DNA from: Camelus ferus
Lineage: Eukaryota
DNA: 64,000 nt
NCBI RefSeq assembly: GCF_009834535.1
Contig: NC_045697.1
Location: 100,194,001-100,258,000 of the forward strand
Direction: 5' to 3'
Both the position numbers and the translations under genes were made by a program. Below, piece by piece: positions 24,748-36,450 of this stretch (the first letter of the stretch is position 1; each line of letters starts with the position of its first letter). Under the pieces are notes generated by a model. That model was not told the DNA's origin, did no database searches, and worked only from the letters and a program-made list of their open reading frames with translations.

Positions 24748-27317
24748 TTCCCTGATTTAGTATTTCACAGCTTGCCTATATCTGAAAAAAGTTAAAAAAA
24801 ACACGTGTGAGGGATTGGCTTTTTCTAGTTGCTAGTTTTCACCTACGTCGAAATGCTGTGACAGTACTCTGAACAAGTCAAATGCCTTCAGTCTTTCCTG
24901 CTGAAGGAATTTTGACCTCTTCCTGCATCCCCACAGCTCTCCACTGTCAACAGGAGTTTTATTTGCAGCAGAGAAAGGCAGGGACTGGTCCGGATCAAGG
25001 TTTCTGGCCTTGGTAACTCTGAGCACATTCCCAGAGCTGATCAAAGACAGACACACACAAAGATGTTGACTCACAGGACAAACTTTTCATCAAAAATAAA
25101 AAATTCAAGTGAAGTATCAGTGGATCTTGGTTATAAATCATTTTTACTTTGGGGAAGAAAAACAGAACATGGGAGCCAAACGAAGATTTTTTGAAATGCC
25201 CAAATGAACCCAAATACATAAAAAATCCTGTCAGATTAGGTTAAAATGGACACTAGAGACTTCTTTATGTAACTGACTCTTGAATCACAGGAACAAGAAG
25301 ATCTTCCAGGGATCACAGTCAGAGACAAGTAAGGCTATACACTGACTAATCCTGAAAAAAGCCTCTTCAATCTTTGGTAAAGGTCCTCCGAATCCTTCCA
25401 GCCCTCCTTCTGTTAAAACTATATTGTTTTTTTCATCAATGAATTTAATACACCTCATATTTCTACAGGGTGTCATTTTCTCTCTTGGCACTCAAAGGCA
25501 GTCAAAGCCATCACTTGTAATGAAGAATTACCCAAGAAATCCCTTACCAGTGAGATTGTAATTAACCAGAAGAGAGGCAAACAGAACAATGAAAGGATGC
25601 TGCCCGAGAAACACAAGGTATCACAGAAGGACCAGGGAAAAACCCAAACCAAGAAGGATCATGACTCACTTTAAAGGCCAAGATCTACTCTGCACCCTAC
25701 CTTCACCTTCATGGGCACACGTATCCATGTCATCTAAAGCCGTATCTTATACTCCATGGAAAGCCAAGTCTTCGATGGAACCAGTGCAATGCTGCTTGCT
25801 GGAGCACACCATCACTTGGCAGAATAAGGGTGGGGGAGAAGTAGCAGGTAATTCACAGCAACTGCTACACAGCAGCCAAAAGACGCTGCAGGAAGTACAA
25901 TGAAGCGCAAGGTTTCCGTTCAGCAATGTCCTGGCAGAATGTTAGAGATTATGCATCTGTGGACCACTGGGGAACAAAGCCTACAGGAAGACCCATCTTG
26001 GCATGCAGCCATCCAGGATGGGTCAGAACTGTGGGTAAGTGAAAAAGAAACGGCTGCTGTTACTTTGTGAAGGTGAAGAAGGAAGTATCTTTGAGATACA
26101 GCGTTTGGTGAAAGCTACCTAGAGATACCAAGATGACGGAAATCAACATAATTCTTCTCTCATTTCTCACTCTCTCTTCTGATAAAATCTAAGAACTGGG
26201 GTAGAAGCAACAGATTTTCAAAATAAGAGCAGCAGGCAGGCCTGATATTCAGCCACAGGCAGGGCCAGGCCAATTCGTGGTTGGCACTTGTTTTGAGAGA
26301 AAGGTATTATGAAATATTGTTAATATCAGTTGTGTCTCAACTAAGGGATGACAGAAACCTTACAAGTAAGAAGCAAAAGGGAGAATAGGCGAAGCTAGAT
26401 GTTTCAAGGGTTTATATTATGCTAATAGTGAAAAAGGAATTATGAATAGTCTGTCATTAAGTACTAGAGATAACAAGTGAAAGGTGTAACCAACATAATT
26501 AAGGATAAGAACATTAGTCTAAAAAAACTTAAGAAATAGATCTACAGAAAAAAAAAAGAAGTGTCACACTCGAGAGGAAAATGGTAAAAATAAGAGCTAT
26601 TAGGACAACAGAATTAAGATAAAAAAGGTTAAAGGAAGAGAAAAAAATTTACAACAGTTACAACAAGGGTTAGTTTCTAGAAAAATAAAAAACATTCAAA
26701 ATGTTTTTTAAAAATTAAGGCATTAAAAATTTTTTAATAAGACCACCATCAAACCCCCAATGGATAAGTGGACAAGAGATTCAAAAATTTAATAAAGAAG
26801 AAACACAGAAAGTGAAAAAAAACCCCACCACAAAATCATTGCCAATGATCAAAGAAATATAAATAAAGGGAATTCCGCCAGCAAATATTTCAGCAAAACT
26901 TTTTTTTTTTTTTAAATAAAAGTCTTTGGGGTTGGGATGGAGAAAATAAGTAAACTCATTCATTGCTGATGACATTATAAATAGCACCTATCTGGAGAGA
27001 CATCTGCTGATGAAAAGACAATAAATATGTTCAGTTACTCCACTGCTGTAAATTTATCTACAGATATAAGTTTTAAAATGTGTATGATCCTTGCAATAAA
27101 AACTAACTGCAAGCTATTTAAATGCCCCTAAATGGAGGAAAAGCCAAGTATTTTAGAGTATAATTGATAAAACTGAATATTACACTGTTACTAAAAGTAT
27201 AAACCTGATTTTTTAAAATGTGGAGACTTACAAAATCATTAAAGTGAGAAATATATGCAAAACATATACATACATATGGATACATATACTGAAATTACAT
27301 AAAAATTACTTAAAACT

Positions 27318-29040
27318 TCTTTCCCTTTCAGTTTTATTGCAATATAATTAACATATAGCACTATATAAGTTTAAGGTGTACAGTATAATGATTTGACTTA
27401 CAAACATCATGAAATGATGACCACAGTAAGTTTAGTGAACATCTATCATCTCAGACAGATACAAAATAAAAGAAAAAGAAGAATTTTCTTTCCTTATCAT
27501 GAGAACTCGTAGGATTTACTCTCTTAACAACTTTCATATATAACATACAGCAGTGTTAATTATATTTATCATGTTGACATTTTAACCCTAGTACTTATTT
27601 ATTTTACAACTAACTGGAAACTTGTACTTTTTAACTGCCTTCATCCAATGCCCTCTCTGGCCACCTCCCATCTCTAGTAACCATAAGTCTGATCTCTTTT
27701 ATTATGAGTTTGTTTTTGAAGTATAATTGACCTACAACACTATGTAAATTCCCGGTGGACAACATAGTGTTTTGATATTTCTGTATGTTACAAAATGATC
27801 ACCATGATAAGTCTAGTTACCACCTGCCACCAAAGATATTATGTTATTACTGACTATATTCTTCACATTGCACATTTTATACCTGTGACTATTTTGTAAC
27901 TGCAAGTTGTACCTCAATCTCTCTCATCTATTTCTCTCATCCCCTGTCCCCCTCCCCTCTAGTAACTGCTTGTTTGTTTTCTGTAAATATGACTCTGTTT
28001 CTGTTTTGTTATGTTTGTTCATTTGTTTTGATTTTTAGATTACATGTACAAGTAAATTCATATGGTATCTGTCTTTCTCTGTCTTACTCTTTTCACTTTG
28101 CAAAATACGCTCCAGATGCATCTGTGCTGTCACAAATGGCAAGATTTTATTTTTTATGGCCAAGTAATATTCCATAATGTATGTGTGTACACATATATGC
28201 ACATACATATATATGTATACACACTACAACTTCCTTATCCATCCACCTACTGATGGTCAATTAGATTCTTTCCATATCTTGGCTACTGCAAATAATGCTA
28301 CAATGAAGGTAAGAATGGTTATCTTTTTGAATTAGTGTTTTCTTTTTCTTCAGATAAATACCCAGAAGTAGAACTGCTGGATCCTATGGTAGTTCTAGTT
28401 TACTTTTTTTGAGAAACTTCCATAATGTTTTCCATAGTGGCTACACCAATTTACCTTCCACTAACAGTGCATCAGAGTACCCTTTTTTTCTACAACCTGG
28501 CCAGCACTTGTTGTTTGTTATCCTTTTGTTAACAGCCATTCTGACAGCTGTGAGGTGATATCTCACTGTGGTTTTGATTTGCATTTCCCTGATGATGAGT
28601 GAGGCTGAGCATCTTTTTATGTGCCTGTTGGCCATCTGTGTGTCTTCTTTGGAAAAATGTCTTTTAAGGACCTCTGCCCATTTTTTAATCTGGCTGTTTG
28701 TTTTTTTGATGTTGAGTTGTATGAGTTCTTTTTATAATTTGTTTATTAACTCCTTATTGGATATATCATTTGCAAATATCTTCTTCCATTCAGTAGGCAG
28801 CCTTTTTGTTTTGCTGATAGTTTTCTTCACTGTGCAAAGGTTTTTTAATTTGATATAGTCCCATTTGCTCAGTTTTGTTTTTGTTTCCCTTGCCTGAGGA
28901 GACATATTCAAAAAAATATTGCTAAGACTGATATCAAAGAGCATACTGCCATGTTTCCTTCTAGGAGCTTTATGGTTTCAGGTTTTACGGTTAAGTTCTA
29001 AAAGTATTTGGAGTTTATTTTTGTGTATAGTATAAGAAAG
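27318..29040 (-). mobile_element. L1 (L1MA9/laurasiatherian-type) 1.7-kb 3' fragment including ORF2 C-terminus
   Basis: Minus ORFs [34 protein letters not shown] and [36 protein letters not shown] are L1 ORF2; the 3' UTR lies to the left. Confidence 0.95.
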
Positions 29041-29839
29041 CTACAAAAATTATTTTTAATTTATAAATATTTAATATTACACTGCCATTATATATGGAGA
29101 AGTATTTCTAAAAATATTACGAGAAAAGTTGAAAGATACATATTTCTATGTACACATAAATATATACATATGCATAATATATTACAATTATATACACTTA
29201 TTATAAGTTTGAAACAAAAATCAGAAGGAAGCACAAATAAATGAAACTAGTTGTAGTGTTTGGAATATTTATTATGAGTCAATATTTTTCTAATTATAAT
29301 TTAATTTTTTCCTCTTTTTTATTACATAAATAGATTTAAGACAAAAAGTTCTTAAAGCCTGAAGAAAAGCATTTTCCAGTTGACATATTTGAGTTTGGAA
29401 GAAACCCCAAAAGAAAATGTTGAGTTTATAGACCTAGATTTCTCAGAAAGGGAATTAGGTGAGTTTATAATTTTATGAAAGGTCACTGCTATTTGACTTG
29501 TATAAGAATCCCTTTCAGTGAGAAAATATTCAAGACAAAACTCAGCCTTTCTAATTTTCCTTTCCCTTTAGAAATATGTGACTCTAAAATTGATGACTGT
29601 AGTATTAGACAGTGGTATGTGAAGAAGTAATAACTATGCAGAGAGACATTGCTTCCAACTGGCAATGAGCAAAATTACGTGTGTGATACATGATTCATAT
29701 TAATATACATACACATGCACTGTACATTAACACACACAGATACTCAGTGAATGATAACCTTTTAAGGTAGATAAACATTATTTGGTAACAGAGTGTGTCT
29801 TTGGGAGAGCTTTCCTGAAAGCAGCAGAGCTCTGACGTC

Positions 29840-31400
29840 ATGCCTCCCTGTGCCCCAGCCACTGGCTTTGGGTCAGTTTCTTATACATGTGAACATGCCC
29901 TGCTTCTGGGGGCTCTGACCTTTTGACCTTGCTGTTCCTCCCACCTAGAACACTATTTTCCCCATATATTCACATGGCTCAGCCAGAGGTTATATGCAAA
30001 ATATTCAACAACTGACACACTTGGGGGAAACAACCAATTAGTCCAAACATCTGACTAATCAGAGGGATGTTGTCTGTAAAATCCATAGGGCTGTCCAAGT
30101 GCCTCCCCACTGGATGCCAGTCTTCAGATGTGGGCTCAAACATCACTTTTTAGAGAGGTTGTCCTATCTAAAAGAGCATCCAGTCATTATCTCATGTCCC
30201 TACCTTCTTTTTTCCCCTAGGGCATTTATCATTACCTCTCAATATATATTATATATTTATCTGTCAAACTTTCTTGTGTCTATATTCCTCCTATTACGTA
30301 AGTTCCAAGAGAGCAGGGACCTTGCCGGCTCCTCTCAAGTTTGCCTGTCACTTCTACTTGCTAAATCCAATGGTCAAGTCTTCTCAACTGTGAGTTATCA
30401 TCAGCCATTGCCCACTCTTTCTTCTTTAAATCCTTTCCCCTGCCAAAGCTCTAGAACATCAGAAGAGTGCTTAATTTTCTGTCCTTCTCTGGCTGCTCCT
30501 TCTCCATCACCCTCTCATCTCCCTGACCTCTGAGCCTGGCTGGAGCATCTCTGGTCTCAATATCCTGGTGTTCTCAGCAAAAATCACAGCTTTAAATAAC
30601 ACCTACATGCTGATAACTCCCAAATTTCTACCTTCCGCCTGAACTCCAGACTTATCTATCCAATTTTCTGCTTGTCATCTCCCTTGGATATCAAACAGGC
30701 ATCTCAAACTCAACTTGTCTCAAGCAGAACTCCTTGCTTGCCACCCCTAAAACATCCTCCTCCTCAATCCTCCCTAGCTCAGTTAATATTAATTTTTCTG
30801 GTCAGACCCAAAACCTTAATCTCATCTCTGATGTTACTCTTTTCCTTATGCTCCATATCTGGTCTGTTAATAAAATGTATTGATTCATCCTTCAAATGAT
30901 ACCCAGAATCATATCTCTTCTCATCTCCATTTCCACCATCCTGGTCTGAGCTGGCATTATCTCTTATATGTATTATTGCAAAAGCCTCTTAACTGACCTC
31001 CCTCTCTTTCTCCTTGCTTTTTTTCAAGTTATAACAGCCCCAGAGCCAGGGTGCTTTTGTTAAAACATTTAGGTGAGATCATGTCATTGCCTTACTCAAA
31101 ACCATCCAAGGGCTTCCATGACACCTAGAGGTCATCAGATCTAAGGGCCTGACGTGGCTACTTGTTCTCTCTCTGATCTCATCTGTCACTGCTTCTCCAG
31201 CCACATTGGGCTCCCCTCTGTGTCTCCAACAAGTCAGACATGCTACTGCCTCAGGGCCTTTGCACTTCTTTCTTCTACCTAGAACGTCATTCCTCAGATA
31301 GGCACCTGGGTGGCTCCTTCATATTCCTCAAACGCACTTCCTTATTGAAGTCTTACCCAGCCCGTCTATCCAAAATTTAAACTTCTCCAGACTACTTCAC
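29840..31400 (+). mobile_element. L2 LINE fragments (cluster)
   Basis: ttgctgttcctcccacctagaac, cacctacatgctgataactcccaaattt, aggcatctcaaactcaacttgtc, ctgcctcagggcctttgcactt. Confidence 0.85.
29983..30113. mobile_element. Possible small hAT-type DNA transposon remnant inside L2
   Basis: L2 text cacatggctc..[insert]..cttcagatgtgggctcaaacatcac is interrupted by a segment with ccag...ctgg ends. Confidence 0.35.
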
Positions 31401-32179
31401 TAATACAATAACTACTTAGATTACATTTCCAGTACTCCTAGTTTAAAGCATTTTAATGGGAGGAGATCATACAGGCCAGATCATGAGAGCCCTGGTGAGC
31501 TAAGCAAAGTTTTGACCTTTCCCAGAAGGTGGTGAGGAACCAGTAAAGGCTACTAAGCAGGGATGTGATACCATCATGGTTGTGTTAGTAAATTATTATT
31601 TTGGTAGTGCTATTTTTTTTTAAACAAAACATAAGGAATATTAAACTCTGGCATAATAAGGAGACCAACAGAATTTTTTTGGAGATTTTAAGCAAAGCTA
31701 AACTTTTCCTTAGTCAAACTGCTTCCATTTCTATCCACCACTTTATGACAACCTTTTACTTCAGTGGTTATGTTCACTGAGTCTATTTCATAGGAACTGA
31801 TGGAACTTCAAATTCTTTAACCATTTGGGATTTCACATTAACTTTCCCTCCTCAAAGTTACAAATACTAAACAATCAGAAACCCCTAAGTAAAGCAAGAT
31901 TTCACATTAACAGAAAAACCTTTAAATATTAAGTAGTACGATAAAATTCTAAGTGACTCGAGCCCCCCTGTGGCAGGCTGGGGGCGGAGGGGAGTCTATT
32001 TCCCTGCTAAAGGAACAGATTCTACTCAACTCCAGCAAATTGTTGCCAGACTTCTCTATTTTTCAAAAAAATGCCAAAACTCAGGTGTTTATGTGGAATC
32101 TCTCAAGTTTTGAAATACTGACATGAAATCAAACCTTTCCACCATCCCGTTCGACTCCAGTGGTGGCGATTTTTGCCAT

Positions 32180-32390
32180 CTAACGGGTGATCTGGGAGCC
32201 TGCATCACCCTCTCAGTCATTTATTTCCTTGCTTAGCTGCTCTATGCCTCGGTTTCCTTGTCTGCAAAACTTGGATAGCAGCACCATCATCTAATCAGGT
32301 TGCAGTTAGGAATAAATTAAATAAAAAATGGAAAGTGTTTCACCCAGTGCATGTCCTAGAGCAAGTCCTCAAAAAAAGTTACTGTTTTCA
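32180..32390 (+). mobile_element. MIR
   Basis: ctctatgcctcggtttccttgtctgcaaaa..aggttgcagttaggaataaattaaataa. Confidence 0.7.
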
Positions 32391-33562
32391 TGATCGCTAC
32401 TCCTTTGAAAATGAACACTTAGCATCCGCCCTCTTAAAATTTATGCGTTTCTGAGTCAGCTGATGGTATTTCCTGATACACACTCAGTGGAGATCACTCT
32501 TCTGAAGACTGTGCAAATAGGCAAGGAAAATAAGCAGGGTGCCCGCCTTTGTCAGTGTAACTAGAACGAGGAATCAGAGTAGACGTGCATTAAGTCGACT
32601 TAAGGACATGCACTGAAATTCATGAAATGCATGAAACGGATGTTTGCAAAACCACAAGTAAAGCTGGGAATCTTAAGCTAAGGGAGCAATGAGAGTTGGT
32701 GGATGATAAGGCAGGGCTGGGTATAGGATGGGTCCACATCAGATAGCTCCCTAAGGAAAATGACTGTTTAGGCAGGTTTCAAAACAGGACAAGAGATGAC
32801 ATTTAAATTGGTGTATATAATGGGAAAGAAAAGTGATTTTTAGGAAGATCTCATGGAATTCTTTCAACTATGTAAGCCTGCAGATTAGATCAGTTTCCCT
32901 GGCTGGAGTGGAGCTCTGGACAGGGAGTAAGGGAGTGTCTTTGGCATTTAGCTATGAGGGGTAGGCATGGGAAAAGATTAAATCAGTCAATGGTGATAAA
33001 AATGAAAAAGAAAATAAGATAAATGATCTAGCCTCATTTTCTCTGCTAAAGCTGCCTCTTCAAAATGCTCTCTCCCTCCAAAGGAAGATCTGTTTAAAAT
33101 GTGGTCCCTTTAACAACACTCTGAAAGCTCTCTCTCACCAGGCAGTACAAAAATGCTGCAGGCACCTGGTCTGTGAGACAATTGAGGTGGACTATATTTA
33201 TCTACACTTTTTTTCTTCACTCCTTAAAAAAACAAATCACACGTCTGCTGCAAAAACCACATAATGACATTTAAGGGAAATATTTCAAATGAACAGAATT
33301 ATCTATATTTCCCAAAGTTTATACAATTCTTTTCATTTTTATATTTTCCTGTCTAATATATGTTCATATGTCTACAGATTTGTCAGGCTATCATTATTGT
33401 GTATATTCAGTTCTGTCTTCTATTTTGTTCACTTACCATGCATCCAAGTGTCCCCCTAAGTCTCTACAGTCACCACGATGACTTAAATGTCTGCGTCTTA
33501 CTTCATCAAATTGATGCCTCCTAATTTGGTAAAATATTAGGCATTTAAATAATATCTGTTCC

Positions 33563-33730
33563 ACATAGAAACCAAACTTGTGGTTACGAGGGGGGAAGGG
33601 GGTGGGTGGTGGTAAAAACTGGGAGTTTGAGATTTGCAGATACTAACTACTCTATATAAAATAGATTAACAAGGTCCTACTGCTAGGACAGGGAACTACA
33701 GTCAAAATCTTGTACAATGAAAAGAATACA

Positions 33731-33819
<89 letters not shown>

Positions 33820-33896
33820 CTGAATCATATGCTGTACACCACAAATTAACACAACATTGTAAGCCAACCATACTTCAATTAAAAGAAATAATGAAA
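33563..33896 (+). mobile_element. Camelid/artiodactyl L1 3' end with diverged 16-bp TSD, nested in old antisense L1ME
   Basis: catagaaaccaaacttgtggttac..gagtttgagatttgcagatactaactac..; TSD aaataatatctgttcc (33547-33562) / aaacaatgtctgttcc (33897-33912). Confidence 0.9.
33739..33816 (+). repeat. (TA)39 microsatellite
   Basis: Perfect TA run inside the L1 3' UTR. Confidence 0.97.
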
Positions 33897-35619
33897 AAAC
33901 AATGTCTGTTCCTTTTTGTCAAAGAAAACGCCGTAATACCCATCGTTTGCACAGAATTATGGATTTAAAAAAATGCTATTGGACAGCTTCCTTGGATAAA
34001 TTCAAAGGAGTGGGAGGACTGGGTCAAATGGTAGGAACATCTTAATTTCCCTTTAGCCCACATATAATAGGAGGAGCACAAATGGGTTGTAATGCTATGA
34101 TAAGAGAAGTGGTAACTTTGGATGCATAACCAAAGACACTTAGGTGGGAGTGTGATTTATACTAACTCACACTTCCGTTCATGCTCCACAACCTCATACG
34201 GGTCCACACACACTAGATATTGGCCATTTAATAGAGCACAACTGAATGTCAAGTCAGGCCTTTTCCCCACCTTAGCTCCCTCTGCAAAGCTAATGTGCTG
34301 ATAGTAAAGGCACAAGTAGCCACCTCTCTCTTTGGATAAATTGCTCAGGAGAGGTATGATAGTGAATCTGCAAGCTTCAAAATCTAATAAGCAAGAATTA
34401 TCTGTTACTGAGAAATATGAGGGAGGCCTAGCTCTGAACTGTATTAGGTACTAACACAATAAAAGGATGAGGTGGGCGCACACATCAAATTGGAACTATA
34501 AATCATACAGAGCACCCGAAACATCCTTGAAGCAAATGTGATAATGGGGAATAAAACTGGAGTTAAAAAACCTGTGACATTTTATAAAACACCATTACTT
34601 TAAAATACTCGTGAAGGAGAAACGTCAAGGTTATTATTATTGAAGAGCACAATTAAAGTGAAACAGCTCTGACCGTAGTTTTCAGTTGAGCAGCTGGTAA
34701 TTAAAAAATGCTTTGGAAGGGTAGTAGGATATTTTAATAAAGATGGAGGGCCTTGGGAATAATGACTAAATCTAGCTTCCTGCAGGCAATGGGAAATGAA
34801 GATTATTTAGTTTTATGGTTAACCTCATCGGGATGAAGGAACCAATCCTGGAAGTTTTGTAATTTCACTTGACCACCTTGGGTAATAAAATATTCTTCAC
34901 TGCCAGGGGCCCAATGCCACTGGTTGGTGCTAGGCACATTGAGACCACGCCTCTACAGTGAAGATGTGCAGATCACAAAACGCAAGCATGATCAGCTCTA
35001 CTTCCCTTGGCCATCCACTCCATGAACTGGTTAGAAGCTAATCTCTTTAGATATGCAGCAATCCCCAAGGAACACTCAAGCTAATGGTGCATTGTGTTCA
35101 CTAGCTTATAGGCAGGGTGGCAGCCTGTCTCCATCTGGTCCTCCAGCAACACAATCAGCTGTGGTTTGGGGCACTGGTTTCTTGATTTTCTCTCAAACTA
35201 TGTTCAAGGGATGTTATAATGTCAAAAGTTACATGATGCTATATAATTCTAATTCCAAGAGAGTGGTAATTTAGATGCTCTGAAGGGTCTTCTCAAATAT
35301 AACACAACTAGCATGAAAAAGTTTTATTGCACCTCTGAACTCAAAGGATGTAAGAGAAATCTCTGAGGCAAAAATAAAAGATACCTCAGGGCTTGAAAAA
35401 GGGGTGTTTTCCTGAGCGTGCATGCTACTGTCAGCGATGCAATGGGAGCCTGGGATGCGAGGTGGCACCAAGGTGGCAGAGGACAGCCAGAGAACCTCGA
35501 TTAAACCTGAGATGCTGGGCAGGGGCTAAAGTGCCCCTGAGTAGCAAGTCCTGATGACAAACACAAGGAATCTCTGGGGAAAAGTGACCTTCAACATCAG
35601 CCCTCTAATTTTTCAGTTT

Positions 35620-36450
35620 AGTATCAACCAAATCTGAACTCTACCGTGAGTAAGAATCAGCAGAAACAACAAAGAACTCAGACAACAAGGACTTCATGTG
35701 TTGGAATAAAAACTGACTATAGAATGCTTCAAAAAAAGTAAAAAATTTTGAATGCCCCAAATAAGCAAGCAAGAAGTGATTAAAAAATGATCAGGGATTG
35801 AGAAATGGAACTGTTGGAAAGAAAATTAACTATTGAAATAAAAATACTCTGCTGATGTTTAATCTCGAATATGTCAGAAAAAAAAAATACTCATCACCAC
35901 TTACCATTTGAGTCCAATGGATCCTTTCACTGCTTATATTTTTAAGTTATCTTAATAAATACTCCATAGAAGAGTAAAGTGATAAATGATTCCATGTACC
36001 CATTTAATAGTTTCAAGAGAGAATGAATTTTAATCTATAAAAAATTAGTAAAATTTTCCTTTATAGTTCAAAAGACATCTAAAGAATAATAAGGTATTAA
36101 TTTTTAACAAACAGTTCAAGCTGCTCATAAAAAAACCCTCCAGTGCTAAAATTGGGTACAGTGGGCCCTCAAGATTAAGTAATCATTTAAACACAGTTGA
36201 AGATAGAATAAGTAAACAATAACGGACCAGAAGAAATTACTCAGAATGCAGCACAGAGACCTGGAGACAGAATATTTGCAAAAGAGGTTAAGCGATGTGG
36301 AAGACAGAGCATGAGATGGTCTAACATGTATCTAAAGAGAGCCTCAAAAGAGAAGCTAGACAGAAAAGAGGCAGTATTTGAAGGTATAATGTCTGAGGGT
36401 TTTCCAAAATTAATTTTAAAAGATCCAGAGACACAGAATGCATAATTTAA
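35620..36450 (+). mobile_element. HAL1 / old L1 ORF1-like remnant
   Basis: gaagaaattactcagaatgcagcacagagac..aagaggttaagcgatgtggaagacaga..gaggcagtatttgaa..ataatgtctgagggttttccaaaatt. Confidence 0.65.

Noticed and set aside
28441..28944. ORFs MANRHIKRC.. and KWDYIKLK..
   Set aside because: L1 ORF2 C-terminal remnants with frameshifts.
30099..30533. Longest ORF in the track (144 aa)
   Set aside because: Lies in decayed L2 sequence, has a non-ATG start and no recognisable domain.
33652..33968. ORFs with (YI)n runs
   Set aside because: They are translations of the (TA)39 microsatellite.
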